Source: Nitrososphaeraceae archaeon
GTDB taxonomy: Archaea; Thermoproteota; Nitrososphaeria; Nitrososphaerales; Nitrososphaeraceae
Assembly: GCA_035250975.1 (NCBI GenBank)
Contig: DATFEP010000083.1
Location: forward strand, 1 to 59,675
Length of the DNA stretch: 59,675 nt
Direction of reading: 5' to 3'
Shown here in pieces: positions 19,810-30,209 of this stretch. Each line of letters begins with the position of its first letter. Positions within the stretch are counted from its first letter, which is position 1. Both the position numbers and the translations under genes were made by a program. The notes beneath the pieces are model-generated. The model saw only the letters and a list, made by a program, of their open reading frames with translations, was not told the origin of the DNA and did no database searches.

Positions 19810-20535
19810 CTACAATAACTTTTTTTGATATGCTAAATGTTTTTCCTCATATTCGAAATCAAGAATCTTTTTTATTTTTTCTGCCCTGGCAATCCCAAAT
19901 CCTCGAATCATAGCTAATTCCGCAGTCGAAGCATTAATTGCTTTTAATGGTGTCTTGAATTTTTCAAGTAATTTTAGGGCAAGTTTATCTCCTATTCCTG
20001 GTAATGAAGATAATATAGATAATTGCTGTAGTTGTACATGATTTGCCTTCTTAATTTTCTTTATCAGAGGACCATTTAAAAATAAATTCGATTGTAAGAT
20101 CTTATTCGACAATGAAATTAAAAATTTTGATGTATATTTTGCAGATGGTGAATGAATAATAGGTATTCTAAAAATTATTGCCACTGTTGCTAGGGCATCA
20201 TAAATTTGCGTAATTTTGTTTAAAGCGATTTTTTCTTTTTGATGGTAATCAATATCATTTTCAATATCAGTTTTTAATTCAAGTATATTTCCCTCTACTA
20301 TTAATAGAGGGTTTGAATAAAATTGCAACAGATCAGAACATTGAACAAAAAGTCTCCCATCATAAATAGAATTAACTAAATCACGTATAGTCTTTCTTTC
20401 GATAGCAACTTCAGAAGATACAATATAATCCCCGACCACTAATCGTGCATAATCTACATGTACACCATTATTGATTAAGAATTTTGGAACCTTGCTGTTT
20501 CTTTCTCTTTCATCTACTACAATCCGAAAAGACAT
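19810..20535 (-). CDS. xpf: XPF/ERCC4 structure-specific endonuclease (short form, HhH2 tail)
   Basis: IVVDERE, GDY...IERKT..DL..SI.DGRL and LPGIG HhH. Confidence 0.92.
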   Translation of the reverse strand: MSFRIVVDERERNSKVPKFLINNGVHVDYARLVVGDYIVSSEVAIERKTIRDLVNSIYDGRLFVQCSDLLQFYSNPLLIVEGNILELKTDIENDIDYHQKEKIALNKITQIYDALATVAIIFRIPIIHSPSAKYTSKFLISLSNKILQSNLFLNGPLIKKIKKANHVQLQQLSILSSLPGIGDKLALKLLEKFKTPLKAINASTAELAMIRGFGIARAEKIKKILDFEYEEKHLAYQKKLL

Positions 20536-20597
20536 AGTTAGTTATGCAGGAAACTTATTTTGTATAACTCAGTGTTGATATATCATGATATCTGAAA

Positions 20598-20975
20598 TTA
20601 TTGTTGCTGCTGCTGGTTAGATGATGCTCCTTTAATCATTTCGTTAATTTTATTTTCAACTTCTTTTAGATTTTCCTTTACTCTTGATTCTTGTTTTCCT
20701 AGAACCATAACTCGAGTATTTGCCAATTCTTTTTTTTCAGATAGTTCTTTTTCGACACTATCTTTTTCTGTTTTTACTAATAAAGGCCCTGCGGCTTTAT
20801 AAATAGAATCAGAAGGTTTAGTTTTATTCAATTCCTCCAATGCTCTATCCGTTTCAACAATTTCTAATTCAATTTGTTGTTTTTGCATGATTATTGCTTG
20901 TAGATTTTGTTGAAGTTGTTGTAATCGAGATATTTGTTCTTTAAGCCAAGGAGGTAATTCATTTTCTTGACTCAA
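20598..20975 (-). CDS. pfdB: Prefoldin subunit beta
   Basis: Coiled-coil with IYKAAGPLLVK hairpin, in superoperon context. Confidence 0.93.
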   Translation of the reverse strand: MSQENELPPWLKEQISRLQQLQQNLQAIIMQKQQIELEIVETDRALEELNKTKPSDSIYKAAGPLLVKTEKDSVEKELSEKKELANTRVMVLGKQESRVKENLKEVENKINEMIKGASSNQQQQQ

Positions 20976-21015
20976 CTTGATAATTAATAATGATATTTAA
21001 TATAAATTTATTTTG

Positions 21016-21288
21016 TTAGATATCAAATGATTCAATCAAGCAACAATTCGCAGTTTTGACCAATCTAAGATAAGAATTAATTGTTGATCTAAAACTTGAT
21101 ACTTCCCGGGCAATTATGTCTATTGAAAAAAGGTTTTTATCTTCATTGGCAGTTAATTTAACTGAAGGAATTTCCAAAATTTTTATGTCTGGCTGTAAGG
21201 CTATAAATATTGATTTAATAAAGTCCTTATTTTGTTTATCTGATAATAATTTGAAAGAAATATTGATTTTAGCTTTGAAGCTTTTCAA
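21016..21288 (-). CDS. pcc1: KEOPS subunit Pcc1
   Basis: ALQPD and SSFRSTINSYLRL. Lies between rpl37ae and pfdB. Confidence 0.8.
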   Translation of the reverse strand: MKSFKAKINISFKLLSDKQNKDFIKSIFIALQPDIKILEIPSVKLTANEDKNLFSIDIIAREVSSFRSTINSYLRLVKTANCCLIESFDI

Positions 21289-21508
21289 TATTTATATCGT
21301 ATGCCCCAGAGGCTACCTTCAAATTACATTTTGGGCAATACCAAATTCCAGACGCTATTCGATCAAATCTTAAGGAGCTACAGGTTGGACAACGTCTTTT
21401 TTGTTTAAGTGTTTTATAAACAGTTCCGTATCTTTTTCTCACTGTCGCACCAAATTTTACACCAAGACCCTTAAGTGCCGTTTGACTTTTTGTGTTTCTT
21501 TTAACCAT
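21269..21508 (-). CDS. rpl37ae: 50S ribosomal protein eL43 (L37Ae)
   Basis: GVKFGATVRKR, CPTC...GIWYCPKC and ASGAY. Confidence 0.95.
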   Translation of the reverse strand: MVKRNTKSQTALKGLGVKFGATVRKRYGTVYKTLKQKRRCPTCSSLRFDRIASGIWYCPKCNLKVASGAYDINIEKLQS

Positions 21509-21511
21509 TTG

Positions 21512-22330
21512 TTATTTCACGAGCTCCTTTATTGTTTTTCTTATTTCCTCTCCTTTAATTCTTGCTATTTCAGCCACATACTTTATTTGATCCAAGGTAA
21601 AAGAACCATTTGAACCCTTTTGAATGGCAGTATATTCTCCATTAGAATTAGTAGTTATTGTTATTCTGGATTCCATACATGATTCTTCCTCCGCAGTAGG
21701 ATCTAACATAATAGTATTTCCTATTTTTATTGCAGTTATTGATACTGGTAATGTCGTAATCGGAGGGTCTTGTTTATTGCCTGTATTCACAACTTGATCA
21801 TTTTGTATTTCGAAAATTGGTAATTTACTACTAGCTAGGGCACATACTACAGCATAGGATGTAGCATCAAATAGATTACCATCAGCGTTGATAACACTAC
21901 AGTCTACAAAAATAGTATAGACAATTTTCCCAGGGACCAAAACTAATTTTTCAAGGTCAACCATTTCAGATTCTCTGATTCCCCTATCAACCACCCTAGC
22001 AAGCTCTATGGTATCTTCATCCGGTGGACCTGGTTCTATAAAAGGAGAAGCTGTGGGTAAAACTTCAGCAGTAACAATTAGAGCTCCCTTATGTTCCAAT
22101 CCCTCAAATGGTTCACCGGTCTCAACCTTTACACCTGCAATAACTTCAGAATTTCCTAATCTTACGAGAGCAGATCCATTTGCCTTTTTGATTACATCGA
22201 GATCTATTTCAAGTGTTCTGAGATCATCTAAATTTCTGCCGTCAAGTCTTTTTTTATTGTTTAATAAGTCTAACATTTGACGCTTGCGGAGATATTCAAT
22301 TATTATTGGAGACTTCTTTGATAAGCTCAT
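21512..22330 (-). CDS. rrp42: Exosome complex component Rrp42
   Basis: RLDGR, ANGSALVRLG, EPGPPDE and DGNLFDA. Confidence 0.96.
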   Translation of the reverse strand: MSLSKKSPIIIEYLRKRQMLDLLNNKKRLDGRNLDDLRTLEIDLDVIKKANGSALVRLGNSEVIAGVKVETGEPFEGLEHKGALIVTAEVLPTASPFIEPGPPDEDTIELARVVDRGIRESEMVDLEKLVLVPGKIVYTIFVDCSVINADGNLFDATSYAVVCALASSKLPIFEIQNDQVVNTGNKQDPPITTLPVSITAIKIGNTIMLDPTAEEESCMESRITITTNSNGEYTAIQKGSNGSFTLDQIKYVAEIARIKGEEIRKTIKELVK

Positions 22331-23094
22331 TATTCTTTTACCTCCTCACTAGTTTCTTCGTCTATGGGGATATCATTACCAAAATATTTTTCCATCAAAG
22401 CTTTTCTTTGTATTTCATAAACCATTTTACATCCCTGTACTGCTTTTTCCAAACATTCAGTAAATTGTGATGGAGTGAGTACTCCGTCTAGTTGTAGTAG
22501 GGATATTTGTTCAAGATTGGGTAGATAAGCAACAGGCATATCAGCTGAGCCTTCTTTATCTTCTACATCATTGATATCGAGAACGATTTTGTCGTTTATT
22601 TTTCCAGCTGCACAAGCTGCTACCAAATCGCGCATGTTAATCCCTGCATCAGCCAAGGCAACAGATGCTGCAGTTATTCCAGCACATCTAGAACCACCAT
22701 CAGCTTGTAATACTTCAACAAATATGTCTATAGCCGCACGAGGATAATCTTCTAATACAACAGCAGGTTCTAAAGCTTCTCTCATAACCTTAGATATTTC
22801 AATTTCTCTACGAGATGGAGCTGGGTTTTTACGTGTATCAGTCGAAAATGGGGACATGTGATATCTGCATCTTAATACACATTTATCTGGTTGAGCCATA
22901 TGTTTTGGATGAACTTCTCTTGGCCCATACACAGCTACAATTATTTTATTTTTGCCAAATTCAATGAATGCAGATCCGCTTGCATTTTTTAAGATTCCAA
23001 CAGTAAGTTTAATTTCACGTAATTCGTCTATTGAACGGCCATCTGTACGTTTCCCATTTTCATCTACCAAAATTGTTTGATTCAAGATCTTCAA
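22330..23094 (-). CDS. rrp41: Exosome exonuclease Rrp41
   Basis: RTDGR..DELR, YGPREVHPKH, QADGGSR and ADMPVA. Confidence 0.97.
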   Translation of the reverse strand: MKILNQTILVDENGKRTDGRSIDELREIKLTVGILKNASGSAFIEFGKNKIIVAVYGPREVHPKHMAQPDKCVLRCRYHMSPFSTDTRKNPAPSRREIEISKVMREALEPAVVLEDYPRAAIDIFVEVLQADGGSRCAGITAASVALADAGINMRDLVAACAAGKINDKIVLDINDVEDKEGSADMPVAYLPNLEQISLLQLDGVLTPSQFTECLEKAVQGCKMVYEIQRKALMEKYFGNDIPIDEETSEEVKE

Positions 23095-23106
23095 TCCTCC
23101 AATTAG

Positions 23107-23934
23107 TTAAGGAGAATCTCCTGAAGAGGTTTTTGTAATTTCATTATTAGTATAGTTATTGTTTTCAACATCATTTGTTTTTGAATTGTTTTCGTTATGG
23201 CTATTAATGTATGCCTCGTTATTACCAGAAGAATTATTTTCAGACTCTACTTGTAATTCATCCTTTACATTTAACAAATCCTTTACCTTTTGAGTAAGGT
23301 TTGATGTATGTGCTTCTTCTTCAACCATTTTTATAGCTTTAAATGCAAGACTTATTCCTTCGTCATTTTTGCCACTTACTACTAAAATTCCATTTTGACC
23401 TATCAGTATCTTTGTTTGTGTAGCTTGTTCTATTGTTTGTATCATTGATCCTCTTTTACCTATCAAACGTGGAACACGTGTGGAGGATATTTTTAAAAAT
23501 TCACCATGAGAAATTTTTCCTAAATCTCGTTCTTGAATAGTCAACATAGGGTCTCGTGTTCTATCAAATGCGATTATTCTAGTTGTAACGAGATCTCCTG
23601 GAGCAAATCTTTTTTTCATATCATCTCTTGCCGGAGAAAAATCTCTTCCAAATACATCTTGAGCAGGTAAATGAGCTGAAAAACATGAATTAATATCTAC
23701 TTCCCATGATAATGAAGAATTATCAATTATCTTTCCTATGACAATATCATTAATCCTAGGAATATATATTCCCGATAATGGAATTACCTTTATTCCATCT
23801 TTACTTGATTCTGCTATTCCTATTCGTGTAGCTATAATGGAATTTTCTTTTCTAATTACATTCATCAGAGGTTTATAATTTCCTTCTATAATAACATCTC
23901 CTGGAATAACATACTTTCGCTTTATTTCTAACAT
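23107..23934 (-). CDS. rrp4: Exosome RNA-binding protein Rrp4 (Asn-rich C-tail)
   Basis: VIPGD, S1 domain and KH motif VPRLIGKRGSMI. Confidence 0.95.
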   Translation of the reverse strand: MLEIKRKYVIPGDVIIEGNYKPLMNVIRKENSIIATRIGIAESSKDGIKVIPLSGIYIPRINDIVIGKIIDNSSLSWEVDINSCFSAHLPAQDVFGRDFSPARDDMKKRFAPGDLVTTRIIAFDRTRDPMLTIQERDLGKISHGEFLKISSTRVPRLIGKRGSMIQTIEQATQTKILIGQNGILVVSGKNDEGISLAFKAIKMVEEEAHTSNLTQKVKDLLNVKDELQVESENNSSGNNEAYINSHNENNSKTNDVENNNYTNNEITKTSSGDSP

Positions 23935-24065
23935 AAATTAGGATAACATCTCCTTGTTAACAAAAATTACAAAGAAAAGCATATCATCCATATTTTGATA
24001 TAAATTTTTATGATCTTTTCTCAAGTTCAATTTCCTATTTTGATAAAAGATATTTATTATTGTTA

Positions 24066-24755
24066 TTATTGTTCTTGAATTTGGGCAGAACCTTTAGTTA
24101 CCGAATTCATCCTTTCAACGAATGTTCCTTTTATCCCAGCATTTATTTCAACAATAACCCTTAAAGAACCATCTTGCAACCATTTTTCATCTTTTAATTC
24201 ACCGATATTTTTGAGAACGTTATAAGAAGGTGCGGAAAATTGTGGTGGAATAGTTACTAGCAATTGCAGGTTTTCTGATTTTAATGGTAAAATTTTTCGT
24301 AAAGATTCAATAATTTTCTTGGTTTGATCTTCAGGTTTCTTGAATGGATCTACTATTAATCTTACTTCTTCCATTGCATTTTGTATTCGTAATGGAGGAT
24401 GAGGAAGATGTGTTTTTGGATCAACGAAATTTCTATTGATATATTGAATAATCTGTTTTTTCTTTTCTTCGACCATTCTTCTACGTTGATCTGTTGTTAG
24501 ATTAACTTCACCTTGTTCTAGTATTTTTTTAGCAATTTCAATCGAATCTGTAGTTTTGAAATTTCTAAGTAGTTTTTCGTCAGCTATTCTAGTTCCTTTA
24601 TTTGCATCTGCATAAATTTCATCAGAAATCAGAATATTAGATATATCGATTTTTTTCCCAAGTTTATAATCTAATGCGGGGTCTGGTTTTACTAAAATCT
24701 CGAATTTATCATTATCTATAGCTAAACGAACTATAGTGGATTTATTATCAGTCAC
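24066..24755 (-). CDS. sdo1: Ribosome maturation factor SBDS/Sdo1
   Basis: KFEILVKPD, LTTDQRR and DPKTHLPHPPLRI. Confidence 0.95.
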   Translation of the reverse strand: MTDNKSTIVRLAIDNDKFEILVKPDPALDYKLGKKIDISNILISDEIYADANKGTRIADEKLLRNFKTTDSIEIAKKILEQGEVNLTTDQRRRMVEEKKKQIIQYINRNFVDPKTHLPHPPLRIQNAMEEVRLIVDPFKKPEDQTKKIIESLRKILPLKSENLQLLVTIPPQFSAPSYNVLKNIGELKDEKWLQDGSLRVIVEINAGIKGTFVERMNSVTKGSAQIQEQ

Positions 24756-24850
24756 AAAGTAATAGAAATCCTATTTAGTATTTATGCATGTAGAGACATA
24801 TAACATGATAATATTGATTGCTATAATGTAGGAATAAAATATTTGATTTT

Positions 24851-25303
24851 TTAACGATATGATTTTTGTTTCTTTCTTCTTGCACCAGGACCTCCAAATT
24901 TCTTAGATTCTGTCTGTCTTGGATCGCCTGCGAGAAGATGTCTATCAAATTCATTTATTTTTTTACGGATATCTTGTCGGATACTCTTTGATAATGGGTG
25001 ATCCTTTGGATCTCTGTCGCCCTTTGCCTCACCGGCTAAGGCTCGTGATATTGCAACTGCTGTAGCGAAGGCTTGTCCCATAAATCCTCCGCCCGCCACT
25101 TTTACATTGATATCAACTTTATTGCGTAAATCACCAACTATATTAACTGGCGTTAGGATTAGTTCTCTAGATACCTCTGGTTGTAAAACCTCTGCTGGAA
25201 TATTATTAACTCGGATTTTTCCATTCCCCTTAGAAATAGTTGCAACTGCCCTTGATGTTTTTCTTTGTCCTGGATAGAGATCAACTGTTGTTGTTTTTGT
25301 CAT
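24851..25303 (-). CDS. rps9: 30S ribosomal protein uS9
   Basis: GQRKTSRA, GGGFMGQA and KKFGGPGARRKKQKSYR. The start was placed at MTKTTT. Confidence 0.96.
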   Translation of the reverse strand: MTKTTTVDLYPGQRKTSRAVATISKGNGKIRVNNIPAEVLQPEVSRELILTPVNIVGDLRNKVDINVKVAGGGFMGQAFATAVAISRALAGEAKGDRDPKDHPLSKSIRQDIRKKINEFDRHLLAGDPRQTESKKFGGPGARRKKQKSYR

Positions 25304-25308
25304 TTCTT

Positions 25309-25824
25309 TTATTCTCCTTTCCATCCTATTTGTTTTGCAATGTCTCCAATTGTTATATAATATGATTCTGGTTTAGTTATTTTTGTATCATCAAATATTT
25401 TTATTTCATTCGAACGAAATTCTACCGGTATTCCTATATACACTCTTAATCTTCTAAATGCAGAGATTCCGCTTGATTTTTTCCTTGGTGTCATGCCCCG
25501 TACCATTTTTGTTAAGATTCTATCAGGTCGTCTTGGATGATAAGGCCCATGAATAGGATTTGTTATAGAACTTACTTCAAGACGTTTTTTATAATCGTCA
25601 ATTGTTTTATAACGATTTCCAGATATCATGGCCTTTTCGGAATTGACAATAGTAACCCTATTCCCTTGAAGTAAAAGTTTTGAAATACGGGAACAAACAC
25701 GACCAGCTATACAAGAAGATACATCAACTACTATTTGGTTTTTAGAATTATTTTTGTTCGCATAACTAGAATTAGTATTGATATCTTTTTTAGCTTCATC
25801 CAATGATTCGAACACCTTTTCCAT
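25309..25824 (-). CDS. rpl13: 50S ribosomal protein uL13
   Basis: IAGRVCS, GPYHPRRPD and VRGMTP..LRVYIG. The start is uncertain (25824 ATG or 25803 TTG). Confidence 0.93.
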   Translation of the reverse strand: MEKVFESLDEAKKDINTNSSYANKNNSKNQIVVDVSSCIAGRVCSRISKLLLQGNRVTIVNSEKAMISGNRYKTIDDYKKRLEVSSITNPIHGPYHPRRPDRILTKMVRGMTPRKKSSGISAFRRLRVYIGIPVEFRSNEIKIFDDTKITKPESYYITIGDIAKQIGWKGE

Positions 25825-26185
25825 CAGGATATTGTTTAACAAGTTCATTGATAGTAATAACTTCTCCCCCGCAATCAATAACCTTCTTCATTGCTGCAAC
25901 CGAAATAGAAAAAGAACTTAGAATTATTTTATGATTGATAATACCAGAACCCAATACTTTGCCTGGAACGATAACAATATCACCCTCCTTGGTAATATTG
26001 TCCAATTTACTAACGTTTACCTCAGAACGATTAGACCTAGAACTTTTAAACTTTTTTTCTATAGATTTCCAAATTGGACTTCCACTTCTTTTGTATGCAT
26101 TACGCAAATTTGATTTAGTGTTATCATTCAATGTATTAGTAAACATACTCGTGACCTTATCATGTTCCATTACAATAATCCCCAA
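25796..26185 (-). CDS. rpl18e: 50S ribosomal protein eL18
   Basis: EVNVSKL, IVPGKVLGSG and GVRIIG. Confidence 0.94.
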   Translation of the reverse strand: MGIIVMEHDKVTSMFTNTLNDNTKSNLRNAYKRSGSPIWKSIEKKFKSSRSNRSEVNVSKLDNITKEGDIVIVPGKVLGSGIINHKIILSSFSISVAAMKKVIDCGGEVITINELVKQYPDGKGVRIIG

Positions 26186-26195
26186 ATAAACCTAC

Positions 26196-26873
26196 CTAGT
26201 TGCCTTTTTGGAAATCTAGAGATTTTATCATGGTACTGAAATTATTTAATTTTGAATTTATTATATTAATAGCAGCCTTTATTGTTTCCTCTGCTGTTAG
26301 AGACCCAATAGTTTCTATTATCAATATCGATTCATTTGTTTCATTCCCATCCTTTACTATTGCAGCAGTAGTGGGCTGCCATTTTGCATGATCTTTACCT
26401 GTTCCTAATCTAGCATATGCTTCAAATTTTAATTTCTGTCCAGGAGCAAGAGTAATTATAGGAATATTATTGCTCACTGGTTTCACATATTCATCTTCGG
26501 ATACAAGATCTCCTGAAGTAACGAGTTTCGTCTTTTCAGAAGACTCAGAATCTAAAATTAGTAATACACGACATTTAGAACAACCTAAAGTATTATTACA
26601 ATCACATTTGTCAGGTAATATGAATCTGTTCAATTCTGTCCGTAATGGAATAAGACCTAGACGGTGAGCAACTGCTTCATCGTGCATAACGGAAGAATTT
26701 TCTAAAATTACTACATCGTCTATTGCTAAAATAGGAACCTCACTTATTGAGATTCTACGAATGGCATTTAAATACTGTCTTGGAATGTTATTAAATTTTA
26801 GGATTATTTTTTGATCTGTTTTTTCTAAAATATTTATAGATGAAGTCAATATTAAGTGAAGTTTTTTGTCCAA
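26196..26873 (-). CDS. rpoD: DNA-directed RNA polymerase subunit D (Rpo3)
   Basis: NAIRR, HRLGLIPL, CxC...CxxC cluster and GKDHAKW. The start may be TTG near 26849. Confidence 0.96.
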   Translation of the reverse strand: MDKKLHLILTSSINILEKTDQKIILKFNNIPRQYLNAIRRISISEVPILAIDDVVILENSSVMHDEAVAHRLGLIPLRTELNRFILPDKCDCNNTLGCSKCRVLLILDSESSEKTKLVTSGDLVSEDEYVKPVSNNIPIITLAPGQKLKFEAYARLGTGKDHAKWQPTTAAIVKDGNETNESILIIETIGSLTAEETIKAAINIINSKLNNFSTMIKSLDFQKGN

Positions 26874-27041
26874 AGCGCTCTTAAAAATCTACCGACCGAC
26901 ACCAAAAAGAAAAACATAGCTAATGAAATTACAACTTGCATTGTCCATTAGGTTATAAGGTATAGCAAAGACATTATGCCTAATCAATTTGAAAGTAGTC
27001 CAATTTGAATGACATTACAGAATATAAGAAAATCTATTATT

Positions 27042-27200
27042 TCAGGTATCAATATTTGTTGGTGGATGATAAAATTCTACTAATTTCTTAGAGTAACAGT
27101 AACCACATAAATAGCCCAATACATTCCATTGTTGCATAGATTTGTATTTAAAAATATTAATTTCATTATTACAAACTGTACATTTTGTGGAATCAGACAT
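27042..27200 (-). CDS. Small zinc-finger protein (52 aa, below the ORF-track cutoff)
   Basis: Manual translation: MSDSTKCTVCNNEINIFKYKSMQQWNVLGYLCGYCYSKKLVEFYHPPTNIDT, with two CxxC pairs. Confidence 0.7.
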   Translation of the reverse strand: MSDSTKCTVCNNEINIFKYKSMQQWNVLGYLCGYCYSKKLVEFYHPPTNIDT

Positions 27201-27364
27201 TTTGTTTATTAATTATTTGTAGCATTATAAATACGATAATAAAATGTTTTTTTAATAATGAATTAAACATGTATATGAAATCAATATCAAAATATAATGT
27301 AAATTTAAGTTAGATTTCAAAAAAATTAATTAGGACCTTTCTCCATCCATGATTAGTTAGATAA

Positions 27365-27865
27365 ATGGGAGTTAATGAAAAGATAATTTTTTTGGGAATT
27401 CTTGGATTAGGTGCTATAGTGGGAATTTTAACATATACAGTATTTATGGGACTTGAACCTACTCCAGGAGATACACGTTCTATTTATAGAGAAGATTTAC
27501 CACCGGATACTGCCCAAGCAAGTGCGGGAGGAGAAAAATCGCAAATAAATCCTGCGACAATTAAAGCTGATGCGATTTTGACAATTTTGGAAGGAGCAGC
27601 AACACAAGGTAATCCGGATTATGATCCAAAAGAAATGTCTGTGAAGAAGGGGGATGTTATTAAGGTGGATAATAAGGATACAGTACCTCATACAGTTACT
27701 AATGGTGGAGGTCCAAATGATTCTAATTCTGGAAAAATATTCGACACTGGTATTACTAATGCCGGAGAAGCTTCGATAATAGATACACAAAATATTGACC
27801 CTGGCGACTATGCTTATTATTGTACAGTTCATCCATATATGATAGGAAACTTGAAGATACAATAG
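27365..27865 (+). CDS. Membrane-anchored blue (type 1) copper protein
   Basis: N-terminal TM, and PHTVT plus YYCTVHPYM give a complete H/C/H/M ligand set. Confidence 0.9.
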   Translation: MGVNEKIIFLGILGLGAIVGILTYTVFMGLEPTPGDTRSIYREDLPPDTAQASAGGEKSQINPATIKADAILTILEGAATQGNPDYDPKEMSVKKGDVIKVDNKDTVPHTVTNGGGPNDSNSGKIFDTGITNAGEASIIDTQNIDPGDYAYYCTVHPYMIGNLKIQ

Positions 27866-27961
27866 AAATCTAGAGTCAATTTTATTTTTTTGATCAAGCA
27901 CTAGAGTCAGAACTTTCATGAGGATATCCTTATATTATGTAAATAAGAATACTATTCGTTT

Positions 27962-28738
27962 ATGGCTTTTTTAGAGATCAAGGATTTACATGCTAGTATT
28001 GAAAGAAAAGAAATTCTTACTGGTTTGAATTTAAAGATAGAAAAGAATGAAGTTCATGCCATTATGGGTCCTAATGGATCGGGTAAAAGTACATTTGCAA
28101 ACGTACTTTTGGGTCATCCCAAGTATTCTGTTAATTCAGGTGACATTCAGGTAAAAGGAAAGAGTATTCTAGAGTTATCTACTGATGAGAGAGCTAAACA
28201 AGGATTATTTCTTGGTTTTCAATATCCCATAGAAATCTCTGGTGTAGGATATAGCCATTTTTTGAGAAATGCTTATAATACTTTGAATAAATCATTAATG
28301 CAGGATCAAAAGAATCGAGAAGTTTTTCTCACTGTAAAGGAATTTCACGAATATATAAAAAGAAATTTGGATGATGTTGGATTAGATCCTTCATTTCTAA
28401 GCAGATATCTGAATGAGGGTTTTTCTGGAGGAGAAAAGAAGAGATCTGAAGTAATGCAGATGCTCGTACTAAAACCAAATATTGCTATATTGGATGAACC
28501 AGATTCAGGTCTAGATATTGATGCAGTAAAATCAGTTGCTGAAGCGATTAATAAATTAATTGACACAGGTGCAGGAATAGTAGTAATAACTCACTATGCC
28601 AGAATCTTAAGATATCTTTCAAAACTCGATAAAGTTCATGTTATGGCAAAAGGAAAAATCATTAAATCTGGAGGTAAAGAATTATCTGAAGAATTAGAGA
28701 GCAAGGGATATGGATGGTTAGGTCTAGATGAGTCCTAG
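27962..28738 (+). CDS. sufC: Fe-S cluster assembly ATPase SufC
   Basis: GPNGSGKST, FQYP.EI.G, NEGFSGGEKKR, LDEPDSGLDID and ITHY. Confidence 0.96.
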   Translation: MAFLEIKDLHASIERKEILTGLNLKIEKNEVHAIMGPNGSGKSTFANVLLGHPKYSVNSGDIQVKGKSILELSTDERAKQGLFLGFQYPIEISGVGYSHFLRNAYNTLNKSLMQDQKNREVFLTVKEFHEYIKRNLDDVGLDPSFLSRYLNEGFSGGEKKRSEVMQMLVLKPNIAILDEPDSGLDIDAVKSVAEAINKLIDTGAGIVVITHYARILRYLSKLDKVHVMAKGKIIKSGGKELSEELESKGYGWLGLDES

Positions 28739-28837
28739 ATCAGTTCGATTATCTTATCAAAAAAATAGAACTGTCTATTGAAAACACCACGAATAATCTC
28801 TCTAATGATCATAAATTGATTACTAATAATAGGACTA

Positions 28838-29536
28838 ATGTATAAGAAAAGATGTGTAATAATGAATAGTGAAAAACCTGTATTCCTGAATTTTTCGTTT
28901 TTCAAGGTTGATCCAAAATGGCGATGGCTAAATGAAATAGGAAAGGAAGAAGCCATTAAAGAATTCGCTGATTTACTAGAAGTAGCTAATACAAAAATGA
29001 AGGTTATACCATATTCTACTGTTGGACTTAGAGATGATGCAGATTTTATGTTTTGGATGATTTCGGATTCAGTAGAAAAAATGCAAGTATTTACATCAAA
29101 GATTTATTTGACGGTATTAGGGAAATACGTAGAGCCTTCTCAAATTTATTTGTCTTGTTCAAGAAGATCTGTATATTCAAATCAAGTAAAACTTGGTTTT
29201 ACAGATGACGTGAATCCATTACGATATAACATAGTATATCCATTTATAAAATCAAGAGAATGGTATCTTCTGCCGTTTGAAAAAAGAAAGAAAATGATGG
29301 ATGAACATATAGAGATTGGAAGAAAATTTCCTAATATTAGATTAAATACATCATATTCTTTTGGTCTTGACGATCAAGATTTTATGTTAGCTTTCGAAAC
29401 CGATGATCTTAACAGTTTTCAGGACTTAATCATTCAGTTACGGGAAACTGAAGTTAGTAGATATGTAATTAAGGATACTCCTATGATAGTTTGTGTATAC
29501 AACAAGATTGATCAAGTCATTAAGAGTTTGGGATGA
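28838..29536 (+). CDS. Chlorite dismutase/HemQ-like family protein
   Basis: VYPFIKSREWYLLP.E.R..MM.EH and YSFGLDDQDF. Confidence 0.85.
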   Translation: MYKKRCVIMNSEKPVFLNFSFFKVDPKWRWLNEIGKEEAIKEFADLLEVANTKMKVIPYSTVGLRDDADFMFWMISDSVEKMQVFTSKIYLTVLGKYVEPSQIYLSCSRRSVYSNQVKLGFTDDVNPLRYNIVYPFIKSREWYLLPFEKRKKMMDEHIEIGRKFPNIRLNTSYSFGLDDQDFMLAFETDDLNSFQDLIIQLRETEVSRYVIKDTPMIVCVYNKIDQVIKSLG

Positions 29537-29540
29537 AAAG

Positions 29541-30209
29541 ATGATAGCATTAAAAGAATGGGCGATTGTATGTAAAGCTTTAGAAGATGGAAAACAAATT
29601 TTGTTACTTCGTAAAGGAGGAATTATGGAATTTAGAAAAGGTTTTGAGGTCAAACATAATGAATTTTTTCTTTATCCTACATATGAACATCAGTCTAAGA
29701 ACGCGATCAAAGATGAGTATATACCATATTTAGAAAGTTTGTTATATGACAGACACTATAATAAAAAATATGATTCTAACAAAAATAGTATAAATTTATT
29801 TGCTCAAGTATATGAAATTATTGAGATCACAGATAGAGCAATTTTACCAAAATTACAAAATTATCATATATGGAATAATGAATATGTTACTATGCGTATA
29901 AATTATAATCCTACTAAGCCACTTAATATATTATTATTAAGAATATTTAAAATTAAAGAACCTTTAGTTGTAGACATCAAAGACGAATGGGCAGGATGTA
30001 GATCATGGTTAAATATTGATGTAGATAAAAAATGGGAAAATTTTGAATTGACGGATTACTTGAATAAAGGGTTAAGAGGAGACAAGAGCAATATTATTGG
30101 AAATGATACAGATGACAATAATAAAAAAGCTCTAATAGAGCCAGTATTAAATGATTATAGATTCAATGAGATCGCTAAGGGGATTAAGGAGGCAGTATCT
30201 AATAAATGA
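29541..30209 (+). CDS. DUF1802 family protein
   Basis: ALKEWA...LLRKGGI.E, FFLYPTYEHQ and GCRSW. Confidence 0.82.
   Translation: MIALKEWAIVCKALEDGKQILLLRKGGIMEFRKGFEVKHNEFFLYPTYEHQSKNAIKDEYIPYLESLLYDRHYNKKYDSNKNSINLFAQVYEIIEITDRAILPKLQNYHIWNNEYVTMRINYNPTKPLNILLLRIFKIKEPLVVDIKDEWAGCRSWLNIDVDKKWENFELTDYLNKGLRGDKSNIIGNDTDDNNKKALIEPVLNDYRFNEIAKGIKEAVSNK

Noticed and set aside
27962-28738. sufC without adjacent sufB/sufD as an anomaly
   Set aside because: Split suf loci are, to my knowledge, usual in this lineage. The partners probably lie elsewhere.
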